From contig NZ_OMOH01000005.1 of assembly GCF_900289195.1 (NCBI RefSeq), positions 120,001-152,000 on the forward strand: a stretch of 32,000 bases of DNA. Direction: 5' to 3'. The stretch comes from Propionibacterium ruminifibrarum. Lineage in GTDB: Bacteria; Actinomycetota; Actinomycetes; Propionibacteriales; Propionibacteriaceae. Positions within the stretch are counted from its first letter, which is position 1. Each line of letters starts with the position of its first letter. The notes below the pieces were generated by a model, which ran no database searches, was not told the DNA's origin, and saw only the letters and a program-made list of their open reading frames with translations. Shown one piece after another: positions 1-8,575 of the stretch. The position numbers were made by a program, and so were the translations under genes.

Positions 1-2
1 TG

Positions 3-233
3 TGCCCATCGATGAGGGTGATGCCAAAGGCTGCGGTGATGGACGAGGCGATGAGAATCGCCCGCGGAATCTCGAAGAAATCCTTGAAGGCGCTGTTCCT
101 GCTTAAGCGTACACAGAGTGACAAGGTGTTCGAGGAATTGCCCGATCACATCGCCCGTGAAGCTGCGATGCAGCAGGAACTCTTCTCCGCTGAGCAGATT
201 GAGGTGGCGCGTGACAAGATCGCCAAGGCCTTC
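3..233 (+). other. C-terminal fragment of an enoyl-CoA hydratase/crotonase (ECH) domain
   Basis: EAMRIARGISKKSLKALFLLKRTQSDKVFEELPDHIAREAAMQQELF aligns without gaps to EAMSMASAIASHPRRTSVELKTHMLGSGIDDLLAAIDMEDAMHKRTF of the gene2 ECH domain. Shared positions are EAM, A, I, LK, L, I, E, AM and F. Confidence 0.7.
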
Positions 234-1160
234 CGGATACCGGATCGACTAGTCGAGGAGAACGGCCTGCACGCAGCCTGTGGTGCAGCCACCGTTCCAG
301 CGCCCACCGCTGCGGAGGATCGTTTGCCCGGTCAGACCGTGTCGTTGCGTCCGCTGACGGCCGCAGGGGGTCCTGTTCGGATGTCTACCCAGGGCGCGTC
401 CGGCGTTCGTCTGGCTGAACTGCGAGTTGCGAAGGCCGTCGCTGATGAGTCCCAGCAGCCGCGGACCGTCGAGGTACGACACATCGAATCGAATCAGGAA
501 GCTATGGGTCGGATTCTGGCGCAGATACTGCGCGAGGACTTGCGCGCTTTGGACTTGCGTCGCAGCGTGACTGACCTTGGGCTCGATTCTGTAGGGGCGA
601 TCGAATTTATCCAACAGGTTAACCAGCGTTTCCACTCGTCCTTCGATACCACTGTTATTTACCAGTACCCGAGGGCCATGGACTTGCTCGAGGGGATCGC
701 CGCCGCCGTGGCAGCAGACGACATCTCACTCGAACATGTCGATGTCGAACTGAACCGTGATGGCGTGCAGTCGATCTCCCCATCAAGGTCCGGTGCATCA
801 GCGAAACTTCAGGAGGACGGCATTCGAAACCATGTTTTGGAGGCGCTGCGCGTGGTGTTGCGTCTTGATGCTGACGAGGCTCTCGACCTTCGGAAGAACT
901 TCCAGGAACTGGGGCTGGACTCGGTGTCGGGCATCGAATTCGTCAGTGCCGTCAACACTAAGCTTGGAACTGCTATGCAGGCGGCCGATCTGTACGGCTA
1001 CGGCAGTGTCTGGGAGTTCATCACTGACATCACCGTTGCCGTACCGGCCGGTGACGCCCTGACCGCACAGCGTGACGACGAGATCGGTGCAGTGCTTGCG
1101 GCCCTCACTGATAATCGGCTCAGTATTGAGGGTGCTATCTCTGCGATGGAGCAAAAATGA
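3..1160 (+). CDS. Trans-AT PKS subunit, 3-prime end only (...ECH-ACP-ACP-docking tail); 5-prime partial
   Basis: The frame is open to the window edge, with no stop between nt 3 and the first ATG at 12. The first ~75 aa align ungapped with the C-terminus of the ECH domain of the next gene, so ATG 12 is not the real start. Two phosphopantetheine sites are present: LGLDSVGAIEF and LGLDSVSGIEF. The stop overlaps the next start (ATGA 1157-1160). Confidence 0.9.
   Translation, partial: CPSMRVMPKAAVMDEAMRIARGISKKSLKALFLLKRTQSDKVFEELPDHIAREAAMQQELFSAEQIEVARDKIAKAFRIPDRLVEENGLHAACGAATVPAPTAAEDRLPGQTVSLRPLTAAGGPVRMSTQGASGVRLAELRVAKAVADESQQPRTVEVRHIESNQEAMGRILAQILREDLRALDLRRSVTDLGLDSVGAIEFIQQVNQRFHSSFDTTVIYQYPRAMDLLEGIAAAVAADDISLEHVDVELNRDGVQSISPSRSGASAKLQEDGIRNHVLEALRVVLRLDADEALDLRKNFQELGLDSVSGIEFVSAVNTKLGTAMQAADLYGYGSVWEFITDITVAVPAGDALTAQRDDEIGAVLAALTDNRLSIEGAISAMEQK
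504..700 (+). other. ACP domain (first of tandem pair)
   Basis: VTDLGLDSVGAIEFIQQVNQRF; Ser codon 588-590. Confidence 0.88.
822..1035 (+). other. ACP domain (second of tandem pair)
   Basis: FQELGLDSVSGIEFVSAVNTKLG; Ser codon 921-923. Confidence 0.88.
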
Positions 1161-1246
1161 ACCAGGAATTGGCTAGGTCTATCCTTGAGAAGGTCCGTGA
1201 TGGCCGACTTGATTCTCAGGTAGCGGCTGAATTATTGAGGGCAACC
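1074..1246 (+). other. Putative docking pair at the gene1/gene2 junction (C-terminal tail plus N-terminal head)
   Basis: Tail IGAVLAALTDNRLSIEGAISAME and head ARSILEKVRDGRLDSQVAAELL. Both fit a hydrophobic helix, then G/N-x-hydrophobic-S/T/D-x-x-E/Q-A, then a second helix. Confidence 0.55.
1148..1151 (+). promoter_or_regulatory. Shine-Dalgarno-like GGAG for gene2
   Basis: GGAG lies 5 nt upstream of ATG 1157. The start overlaps the upstream stop (ATGA), implying translational coupling. Confidence 0.6.
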
Positions 1247-4200
1247 GCCGTCGCGCCCGAACCAGTTGGGGATCTTGATTCCTCACCGGGAACTGACGAG
1301 CCGATCGCCGTGATCGGAATGTCGGGGGTATTCCCGGACTCGCCTGACATCGATTCGTTGTGGGACCACCTCGTGAACCATCGAGACATGGTGCGCGAGG
1401 TGGAACCCTGGCGTTGGGACCCGAGTATCCACTATTCGCCCGAGCGTCCCGGTACCAGCGGCCCCGACTGCAAGTGGCAGGGCATGGTGCCTGATGTCGA
1501 CAGGTTCGATCCGCTGTTCTTCTCGATCTCCCCCAAGGAGGCCGAGGTTATGGATCCCCAACAGCGACTCCTCCTCCAGGAGGCCTGGCGGGCGGTCGAA
1601 GATGCGGGGTACACACCCACGCAACTGAGCAGTGGGACGTGTGGGGTGTACATCGGGGCCAATCACGGCGACTACGAGTTCAGGCTGGATCACAGTGCAT
1701 CCGAGCTGGCCGCACAGACGATGACAGGCTCACTGACATCAATCCTGGCAGCTCGGGTCTCGTACCACATGAACCTTACCGGCCCGAATCTTGCGATCGA
1801 TACCGCCTGCTCCTCATCACTAGTGGCACTGTGCCTGGCTGCGGAGGCGCTTCGCAAGGGAGAATGCGACACGGCTCTGGCTGGCGGCGTTGCGATCTTT
1901 ACAACGGAGCGCCTGTTCGTCATGGCTAGTCGAGGAGGCATGCTCTCCCGCACTGGGCACTGCCATGCCTTCGACGATGACGGCGATGGATTCGTCCCCT
2001 CGGAGGCCGTGGGCGTCGTGATGCTCAAACGTCTTGGCGATGCGCGCAGGGACGCGGACCATATCTACGGAGTGATTGAGGCCTTTGGGATGAACCATGA
2101 CGGACGCACCAACGGTCTGACCGCGCCCAGCCCCGTCTCCCAGTTCCGGCTCATCGACGGCATCTACGAGCGGTCAGGGATTGATCCGCAGTCCATCTCC
2201 TATGTAGAGTCTCACGGAACCGGTACCAAACTGGGCGACCCGATCGAGGTGAGCGCTCTCACCAAGGCATTCCGACGCCATACACAAGCGACTGGGTTCT
2301 GCGGGCTTGGTTCGGTTAAATCCAATCTCGGCCACTCGTTGTGCGCTTCAGGCGTTGTTTCCTTTATCAAGGTGATGTTGTGTCTTCAACATCAACAGCT
2401 TGTGGGCAATCTTAACTTCGTGCACCCCAACCAGCAGATTGATTTTGCCTCGAGTCCGTTCACGGTGGTCACTGACACTGTTGATTGGGAACCTGCGCCC
2501 GGTCAGCCCCGACGAGCTGGCATCAGCTCCTTCGGATTGAGCGGAACCAATGCCCACATAGTCGTGCGAGAGGCACCGGTCCAAGAGGCATCGGAGCCGG
2601 ATGTGACCTCCGTGGATGAAGTCATCATGATCAGTGCGAAACATCCTATGTCCCTGCGCGACAATGTTGTGGCGTTGAGGCGCTATCTCAGCGAGCACCC
2701 CGACCTGAACTGGCGCGACGTGGCATTCACCCTGGGGCAGGGGCGCATGGCGATGGACTATCGGATCGCTATCATCACCGACGGCATTGATGCATGCCTG
2801 GAGGCCTTGGCGCCCTTCGAGGACCAGGACATGGTGGACCGTGAGGCCGTGTGCGTTCAGGCAGGTGTCAAGGGCAGGCTGGGGGAGAACAACGGGCACG
2901 CCGGCCTTCTCGCGGAATTGCGCGTTGCACAAGGCGATCGACGTCATGCGCTCTTGGCGCAAGTGCAGCAGTTGGTGCTGGAGGGCCACGACCTGCCTGA
3001 CTGGGCCCAGATGCACGATGCTGGTGGGCCTCGTCCCCGGAGGATTCCGCTACCCACGTACCGGTTTCTCCAGGAACGTTGCTGGGTTGGACCCCGTTGC
3101 CCGGAACACTCCTCAGCGACGCGTGACATCGTTGTCCCGCCTCGGGCGAGCTACCTCGATGATCACAGGTTTGCGGGTGCACCGGTGGTTCCCGGGGCGC
3201 GTTGGCTCGACGTGATGGACCAGTTCTCCAGACAGGCCCAGGGCACACGTGGACTGTCTGAAATCCGCTGGGAAGCGCTCGTCGCTCCGGGCGAGACGGT
3301 ACATCTGACAACGGAGGACGAGTCCTCACACGTTGCGGTGCTCCTTGCGGACGGCACAGCGGTGGCCAAGGCCGCGACGATGAAGGGCGCTGTTGATCCT
3401 CATGGCGAGCTCGGAAGGATCCGCCTCCGGGACCGCGTTCCGCTACTCAAAGACAACCGGAGAGTCGACTCCGACGCCATCTATGACCGGTTCCTCGAAA
3501 TGGGAATGGACTATGGGCCCAGCTTCCGGGCCATCACTTCGCTGGAGGTCGGGGATGACACGGTGGTGGCCTATCTTAACCCAGTCCAAGTCGACGATTT
3601 GGAACCGCACAGTGTGCTGCAGCCACAAGTGATCGACGGCGTTTTCCAGGCGGTGTCGGGATTCAGGTTTGTGACCTATGAGGGACACAGTGACTGGTAC
3701 CTTCCGCATTCGCTGGAAGAGTTCATATTCAACGATGATGTCAATCGGGTCCGCACGGTGATCATCACCTCGTGTGAGCCAAGACCGGAGTTTCCGGGGA
3801 CCGTCGGTTTCGACATGGAGCTCTTTGATGACCATGGCCTACTGGTAGGCCGCATTCGCGACTACAGGGTTACGAGGATCGAGCGTCATTCTTCAGCTGG
3901 CGACGAAGATGAGTCGATCACTTTCATGGCTCCTGCGCCCATCATCCTTGACGACCCGCCCGTGCGGGCGGAGCAGCACCATCGGGTTGCTCTGCGGTGG
4001 CCGCCCAAGATCCGAGCTGTCACGGATGCACTGGCCGATGACAACGGGTCGAACGGCCTTGACGTTGTGATTCCGATCCCGAGCGCGGAGGCTTTTGATG
4101 AGGATCCATCGGCGATGACTGAAGCTGTAGTCAGGCCGGTCTTCGAACTCGTGCGTGGCATTATCGCCCAGACCACCGAGCAGGACATCCGCGTGGTGTG

Positions 4201-7200
4201 CGTTATCGAAGGGTCCCGCAGCCAGGCACCTGCCGGACTATCGATGCTCGAGGGGCTCGCGCGTTCTATCCGGCACGAGGAGCCCCGGGTCACCATGACC
4301 GTGCTCTATGTTGAGGACCCTGCTCGGAGCTCTGAGGCGCTTGACCAGGAATTGAGTACCTGTGACGGTGCGTTGGTCATCCAGAGAGGCCGTCATCGCG
4401 AGGCCATGGGCCTGTACGAGATTGAGGCACCGACCCTCGAAGGTCTTCCTGACTTGGTTGATCCTGACGCAGTGATCCTGATCACTGGCGGTATGGGAGG
4501 CATCGGCAGGCTGCTGGCCACAGATCTTCTGGACCGGGGTGTCGCCCATGTGGTGACAGTGGGACGTTCCCGACCAGACGACGCGAAGCTTGACGATCTT
4601 CAAAGCCATGCTCGAGCGCACCAGAGCGTCACCTACATGCAGTGTGATATCACCGATGCTACGGCCTGCGCGGACATGATCAGTCGGATCATTGATAATT
4701 TCGGTCGCCTAGACGGCATCTTCCATTGTGCAGGGATCATCCGCGACGGATTCCTCCGCTTCAAGTCCTGGGCCGAGGTCCAGCAGGTCCTCGCGCCGAA
4801 GACCACCGGCTTGGTCAATCTGGATCGAGCGACACGATCGATCCCGCTGGGTTTCTTCGTCGGTTTCTCGTCGAACGCATCTGTGACGGGCAATGTGGGC
4901 CAGTCGGACTACGCAATGGCCAACGCGTTCATGGACTCCCATCTGGCGCGACGCATGACGCTCGTCGAAGCAGGACAGGCGCATGGGCGCAGCCTCTCGG
5001 TGAACTGGCCATATTGGTTTGACGGGGACATGCGCCCCGATGACGCCTCATTGTGGGTCATGCGTGACCTGCTCGGACTCGATGGGCTGACGACCCGCAA
5101 TGCGCTCGGTTGTCTATATCGGCTTATGGAGACTGGGCTCGGCCAGGTCAGTGTGCTGCCGGGAGATCGGACGAAGATTCTCGACAAGGTGCCCCTGCAA
5201 GCAACGTTTGTTGCCGCCGAATCATCGAAGCGCAGGAATGACGGCGCGTCAGGTGAGGAAAGCTCCGAATGGGAGAGCAGCGCACGACAATGGCTGCGCG
5301 AACTGATCGCCCAAGGGTTGGGGCTCTCGGCTGACCGGTTGGATCCCCACAAGGACTTCGAGCATTACGGCCTCGATTCGGTCATGATCGTGAGCATTAA
5401 CGCGCTCTTGGATGAGTATTTTCCGAAACTCTCGAAGACCCTCCTCTACGAGTACCAGAACCTCGATGACTTGACTGAGTATTTCTTCACCCACCGTCGT
5501 GATGACCTGAACAAACTGATCAGCCTCGAAGGGCATACGTCGGACGAGACCCCGGTGCCCGGTGCGGTAGCGGTCAGAGCTGCCGGAGTTCCGACCCAGC
5601 AAGTCATAAAGGTCGGTAATGGCGGTGGCCGAGAGGCTGCCCAGCCCATCGCGATCATCGGTTTGGCAGGGCGTTTTCCTAAGGCGCGCGACGTTGAAGA
5701 GTTCTACCAGGTGTTGGCGGCGGGCACCGATTGCATTGAGACGATCCCCGACGACAGGTGGTCCTTCGAGCATGGTCACCATGATCCGACAGGGCAGGCT
5801 CCAGGTTCCTACCCCTCCCGTTGGGGCGGGTTCATCGATGGCGTTCGTGATTTCGATCCTCTCATGTTCGGGATGTCTCCTCGTGACGCGGAACGAACCG
5901 ATCCCCAGGAAAGGCTCTTCCTCCAGACCTGTTGGGAGACTCTGCAGGATGCCGGATACAGCCGTGACGCCGTTCGTGGTAGGCGGGCCGGGGTCTTCGT
6001 TGGGGTGATGTACAATCAGTATCAGTCGTTTGGGGTGGAACAGACCCTCGCCGGGAACCCCATGGCCCTCAGTTCGGACAGCTCATCGATCGCCAATCGG
6101 GTATCCTACGCCTTCGATCTGTCAGGCCCGTGCATGGCCGTGGACACCATGTGTTCGTCGTCGCTGACCGCCATGCATCTTGCCTGCCAGGCGATCCGCA
6201 GCGGGGATTGCGAAATGGCCCTTGCTGGCGGTGTGAATCTCACACTGCATGAGAGTAAGTACCAACTGTTGGGTAGCGGAAATTTCCTGTCGACGGACGG
6301 GCGCTGCCGCAGCTACGGGGAGGGTGGCACTGGTTATGTGCCCGGTGAGGGCGTCGGATGCGTGCTCCTCAAGCCGCTCGACAAGGCCATCGATGACGGT
6401 GATCACATCCATGCCCTGGTGTACGGAACCGCAGTGAATCATGGTGGCAAGACGAATGGATACACCGTTCCGAATCCGCTCGCGCAGGCCCAGGTCATCA
6501 GCGAAGCCATGGAGCGCGCCGGTTGGGGGCTTGACGACATCTCCTACATTGAGGGGCACGGTACCGGGACTCAGCTGGGGGATCCCATCGAGATCACCGG
6601 CTTGGTCAGGGCACTGGGATCCACCCGGGCTGATGGTCCCTGCCCGTTGGGATCGGTGAAATCGAACATCGGTCATCTCGAATCGGCAGCGGGTATCGCG
6701 TCGCTCGCCAAAGTTCTCATGATGATGCGGCACGGCTCGTACGTGCCCTCGTTGCACAGCACGACATTGAACCCGAATATCGACTTCGACGCTGTGCCCT
6801 TCCGCGTGATACAACAGAGTTCGCCTTGGGACGTGGACGGCCCCCGGCGTGCATTGATCACAGGTTTCGGCGCCGGTGGCTCGAACGGTGCTCTTGCCGT
6901 AGAGCAGGGTGTATCCCGAATCCTCACCCTGCAGGACGCCGGGCCTGACGAGCCCTTCACGATCATGCTTAGTGCTAGGACAATTTCTTCGCTGGTCGAC
7001 TACGCGGCCCGGCTGGCCCGAGCCGTGCAGAGAGCAAGGGACGACATACGTGGGCGCAAAGCTGGAGCGGCCGATCTGATGGTAGCCGAGGCCGGATGGA
7101 TGTCGGCTCTGCAATACACGTTGGCGGTGGGTCGCGATGCTTTCAAGCATCGATTGCTCCTAGAGGCCAACGACATGAACGAGCTCATCGACGCGTTGAA

Positions 7201-8488
7201 CATCGTTGCTGAGACCTCCGCCGAGGATGTTCCTGACTGTTATCGGGAGGTTGCGACGTCTCCGAAGCCGGTGCCGGACGCGGAGCGTGCTTGCATGGCC
7301 CGAGAGCTTGCCACAGGTGATCTGCAAAGGCTGGCGGAGCGATGGTTACAGGGACAAGAGATTGATTGGTCGCGTCTTGCGGGTCGGGTGGCCCGTGTTG
7401 GTCGACTCCACGGTCTTCCGTGGCCGAGACCGAACAACAAACCCTACTGGTTCTTGACTGGAGCCGATGAAGTACCTGCTCCGCAGACGCCGCGGGACCC
7501 CGTTGCAGTGACGCACTCGGCGTCGCCAGAACGAGCTAAACGGATGCGCGAGATGCTGTCCCAGCAGATGGTGAAGCTCGCAGCCGACGGGCTGCGCCCA
7601 CTGGTGCATCTCGATGTCGAGGAGTCGGGTGTTGCAGTCGTGACGATGGACGACCCGGGCAACAACAACTCGTTCACACCTGCCCTCATCGACGGGCTCA
7701 TGGTGGCCTTTTGGCAGATCTGGAACAACCCTGAAGTGCGGGCAGTGGTGCTGACTGGAACACCGAGGGTGTTCTCGATGGGAGGTACCAAGGAGCAACT
7801 GTTGGGCATCTCCCGCCGGGAACTCTCCTTCACGGATGCTCCTTTCCTTTACACCGGTCTGGCTCTCACGGAGGTTCCCGTCATCTCGGCTGTGCGCGGT
7901 CACGCCAGTGGCGGAGGGTTCATGTTCGGATTATTCGCTGACCTGACAGTGATCTCGGACGAGGGGATCTACACCTCTCCATTCACCAAGTACGGGTTCA
8001 CCCCCGGCATGGGCGCCACATACATTCTGGAGAAGAGGTTGGGGCGCAATCTTGCCCTTGAAATGATGATGACCGCCCGACAGTATTCGGGGGTCGAACT
8101 CGCAGCGCGTGGCGCTGGCATCCGTTCGTGCCCCGGGGGTCGCGTGTTCGAGGAGGCCATGTCGATGGCCAGTGCCATCGCATCGCACCCAAGGAGAACA
8201 TCGGTCGAATTGAAGACCCACATGCTGGGATCGGGCATCGACGATCTCCTCGCGGCGATCGACATGGAGGACGCGATGCACAAGCGAACGTTCCTTCCCG
8301 AGGTCGTCAATGATCGCATCGCTGCCTTCTACGTGAGTGACAACAGCCGAGGCGACGAAGTGGACCAGTCCGAATCTGACCCAGGCGATGACGAGTCCTT
8401 CTTGGAACAGCTCGTAGCCATGGTCGAGCAGGGAAGCCTGACTCCTGCCGAGGCCGTCCTCCTCGAACGCGCAGAGCAGAAAGGTTAA
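1157..8488 (+). CDS. Trans-AT polyketide synthase, 2443 aa: dock-KS-DH-KR-ACP-KS-ECH-dock
   Basis: Uninterrupted 7.3 kb ORF. It has two full KS motif sets (DTACSSS/HGTGT/GHS and DTMCSSS/HGTGT/GHLES). It also has DH HxxxGxxxxP, a KR GGMGGIG Rossmann motif, ACP GLDS and a crotonase-fold C-terminal domain. GGAG lies 5 nt upstream of ATG 1157. Confidence 0.97.
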   Translation: MNQELARSILEKVRDGRLDSQVAAELLRATAVAPEPVGDLDSSPGTDEPIAVIGMSGVFPDSPDIDSLWDHLVNHRDMVREVEPWRWDPSIHYSPERPGTSGPDCKWQGMVPDVDRFDPLFFSISPKEAEVMDPQQRLLLQEAWRAVEDAGYTPTQLSSGTCGVYIGANHGDYEFRLDHSASELAAQTMTGSLTSILAARVSYHMNLTGPNLAIDTACSSSLVALCLAAEALRKGECDTALAGGVAIFTTERLFVMASRGGMLSRTGHCHAFDDDGDGFVPSEAVGVVMLKRLGDARRDADHIYGVIEAFGMNHDGRTNGLTAPSPVSQFRLIDGIYERSGIDPQSISYVESHGTGTKLGDPIEVSALTKAFRRHTQATGFCGLGSVKSNLGHSLCASGVVSFIKVMLCLQHQQLVGNLNFVHPNQQIDFASSPFTVVTDTVDWEPAPGQPRRAGISSFGLSGTNAHIVVREAPVQEASEPDVTSVDEVIMISAKHPMSLRDNVVALRRYLSEHPDLNWRDVAFTLGQGRMAMDYRIAIITDGIDACLEALAPFEDQDMVDREAVCVQAGVKGRLGENNGHAGLLAELRVAQGDRRHALLAQVQQLVLEGHDLPDWAQMHDAGGPRPRRIPLPTYRFLQERCWVGPRCPEHSSATRDIVVPPRASYLDDHRFAGAPVVPGARWLDVMDQFSRQAQGTRGLSEIRWEALVAPGETVHLTTEDESSHVAVLLADGTAVAKAATMKGAVDPHGELGRIRLRDRVPLLKDNRRVDSDAIYDRFLEMGMDYGPSFRAITSLEVGDDTVVAYLNPVQVDDLEPHSVLQPQVIDGVFQAVSGFRFVTYEGHSDWYLPHSLEEFIFNDDVNRVRTVIITSCEPRPEFPGTVGFDMELFDDHGLLVGRIRDYRVTRIERHSSAGDEDESITFMAPAPIILDDPPVRAEQHHRVALRWPPKIRAVTDALADDNGSNGLDVVIPIPSAEAFDEDPSAMTEAVVRPVFELVRGIIAQTTEQDIRVVCVIEGSRSQAPAGLSMLEGLARSIRHEEPRVTMTVLYVEDPARSSEALDQELSTCDGALVIQRGRHREAMGLYEIEAPTLEGLPDLVDPDAVILITGGMGGIGRLLATDLLDRGVAHVVTVGRSRPDDAKLDDLQSHARAHQSVTYMQCDITDATACADMISRIIDNFGRLDGIFHCAGIIRDGFLRFKSWAEVQQVLAPKTTGLVNLDRATRSIPLGFFVGFSSNASVTGNVGQSDYAMANAFMDSHLARRMTLVEAGQAHGRSLSVNWPYWFDGDMRPDDASLWVMRDLLGLDGLTTRNALGCLYRLMETGLGQVSVLPGDRTKILDKVPLQATFVAAESSKRRNDGASGEESSEWESSARQWLRELIAQGLGLSADRLDPHKDFEHYGLDSVMIVSINALLDEYFPKLSKTLLYEYQNLDDLTEYFFTHRRDDLNKLISLEGHTSDETPVPGAVAVRAAGVPTQQVIKVGNGGGREAAQPIAIIGLAGRFPKARDVEEFYQVLAAGTDCIETIPDDRWSFEHGHHDPTGQAPGSYPSRWGGFIDGVRDFDPLMFGMSPRDAERTDPQERLFLQTCWETLQDAGYSRDAVRGRRAGVFVGVMYNQYQSFGVEQTLAGNPMALSSDSSSIANRVSYAFDLSGPCMAVDTMCSSSLTAMHLACQAIRSGDCEMALAGGVNLTLHESKYQLLGSGNFLSTDGRCRSYGEGGTGYVPGEGVGCVLLKPLDKAIDDGDHIHALVYGTAVNHGGKTNGYTVPNPLAQAQVISEAMERAGWGLDDISYIEGHGTGTQLGDPIEITGLVRALGSTRADGPCPLGSVKSNIGHLESAAGIASLAKVLMMMRHGSYVPSLHSTTLNPNIDFDAVPFRVIQQSSPWDVDGPRRALITGFGAGGSNGALAVEQGVSRILTLQDAGPDEPFTIMLSARTISSLVDYAARLARAVQRARDDIRGRKAGAADLMVAEAGWMSALQYTLAVGRDAFKHRLLLEANDMNELIDALNIVAETSAEDVPDCYREVATSPKPVPDAERACMARELATGDLQRLAERWLQGQEIDWSRLAGRVARVGRLHGLPWPRPNNKPYWFLTGADEVPAPQTPRDPVAVTHSASPERAKRMREMLSQQMVKLAADGLRPLVHLDVEESGVAVVTMDDPGNNNSFTPALIDGLMVAFWQIWNNPEVRAVVLTGTPRVFSMGGTKEQLLGISRRELSFTDAPFLYTGLALTEVPVISAVRGHASGGGFMFGLFADLTVISDEGIYTSPFTKYGFTPGMGATYILEKRLGRNLALEMMMTARQYSGVELAARGAGIRSCPGGRVFEEAMSMASAIASHPRRTSVELKTHMLGSGIDDLLAAIDMEDAMHKRTFLPEVVNDRIAAFYVSDNSRGDEVDQSESDPGDDESFLEQLVAMVEQGSLTPAEAVLLERAEQKG
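1295..2578 (+). other. KS1 ketosynthase domain
   Basis: DEPIAVIGMSGVFP; DTACSSS (Cys codon 1808-1810); ESHGTGTKLGDPIE; KSNLGHSLCASG; ends GTNAHIVVREAP. Confidence 0.95.
2579..3088 (+). other. KS C-terminal flanking subdomain (no AT)
   Basis: VIMISAKHPMSLRDNV, DVAFTLGQGRMAMDYR, ends LPTYRFLQERCW. It is about 170 aa, too short for an AT and without GHSxG. Confidence 0.75.
3125..3889 (+). other. DH dehydratase domain (canonical motifs)
   Basis: HRFAGAPVVPG (HxxxGxxxxP, His codon 3164-3166); YGPSFRAI; VIDGVFQ (DxxxQ). Confidence 0.85.
3920..5180 (+). other. KR ketoreductase domain (structural plus catalytic halves; boundaries approximate)
   Basis: VILITGGMGGIGRLL from nt 4472; HCAGIIRDG; SSNASVTGNVGQSDYAMAN. 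Confidence 0.85.
5282..5488 (+). other. ACP domain
   Basis: FEHYGLDSVMIVSINALL; Ser codon 5378-5380. Confidence 0.9.
5642..6910 (+). other. KS2 ketosynthase domain
   Basis: QPIAIIGLAGRFP; DTMCSSS (Cys codon 6152-6154); EGHGTGTQLGDPIE; KSNIGHLESAAG. The C-terminal end is atypical: GGSNGALAVEQ instead of G(T/S)NAH... Confidence 0.95.
6911..7458 (+). other. KS C-terminal flanking subdomain (no AT)
   Basis: FTIMLSARTISSLVDYA, LQYTLAVGRDAFKHR, ends NNKPYWF. Confidence 0.7.
7592..8332 (+). other. In-line ECH (crotonase-fold) domain, ECH2/decarboxylase-like
   Basis: AVVLTGTPRVFSMGG; GHASGGGFMFGLFADL; FTKYGFTPGMGATY; DAMHKRTF (His codon 8279-8281). From memory, these strings resemble PksI/CurF-ECH2-type beta-branching decarboxylases (FMKYGFTPGMGAT, MHEKTF). 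Confidence 0.85.
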
Positions 8489-8575
8489 TCGATGGATCGC
8501 ATGGAGATTTTCGCCCGTCTGGCGGATGGGGTCCTAAGTCGTGAGGAAGCGCTGTCGCTACTTAAGCGTTCGGAA
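8390..8575 (+). other. Putative docking pair at the gene2/gene3 junction
   Basis: Tail FLEQLVAMVEQGSLTPAEAVLLERAE and head MEIFARLADGVLSREEALSLLKRSE share the same motif. Confidence 0.55.
8478..8484 (+). promoter_or_regulatory. Shine-Dalgarno-like AGAAAGG for gene3
   Basis: Lies 7 nt upstream of ATG 8492. The gene2 stop TAA is at 8486-8488. Confidence 0.45.

Larger units (their letters stand above)
504..1035 (+). repeat. Tandem ACP-coding duplication (Ser codons 333 nt apart)
   Basis: Two consecutive carrier-protein units share L(D)LR..(x)(D/E)LGLDSV..IEF...VN. They are diverged copies. Confidence 0.8.

Noticed and set aside
757-1062. Plus-strand ORFs in alternative frames overlapping the PKS genes (for example 757-1062, 2787-3215, 5619-6008, 12894-13280, 16572-17027, 20587-20997).
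   Set aside because: They are out of frame with strongly supported domain-coding sequence. They have low-complexity Arg/Ser/Pro-rich translations and no start context. They are frame-shadow artefacts.
2341-2470. A lower-GC patch inside KS1 as a possible insertion or foreign segment.
   Set aside because: It encodes a contiguous, conserved part of the KS (VVSFIKVMLCLQHQQLVGNLNFVHPNQQIDF) in frame. This is compositional fluctuation, not an insertion.
2579-3088. Possible hidden acyltransferase domains in the KS-to-DH/KR/ECH interdomain segments (also 6911-7458, 10880-11343, 15254-15720, 19844-20600, 24804-25310, 27669-28107, 31511-32000).
   Set aside because: The segments are only about 150-180 aa, or 250 aa with the KS5 insert. 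They lack GHSxG and (Y/H)ASH/AFHS motifs. All share the flanking-subdomain blocks typical of trans-AT KS domains.
6870-6910. KS2 C-terminal GGSNGALAVEQ (loss of the usual NAH His) as evidence of an inactive KS.
   Set aside because: This motif is not part of the catalytic triad, and Cys, His and His are all present in KS2. It is noted in the feature evidence only.
6122-7150. 342-aa minus-strand ORF, together with similar long antisense ORFs at 11345-12172, 14696-15787, 16220-16933, 23367-24167, 27230-27958, 27798-28682, 29127-29996 and 29861-30628.
   Set aside because: Each lies entirely antisense to plus-strand sequence encoding unmistakable KS, KR or ACP motifs. Their translations are Arg/Pro/Gly/His-rich with no recognisable motifs. 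Long stop-free antisense frames are expected in GC-rich coding DNA.
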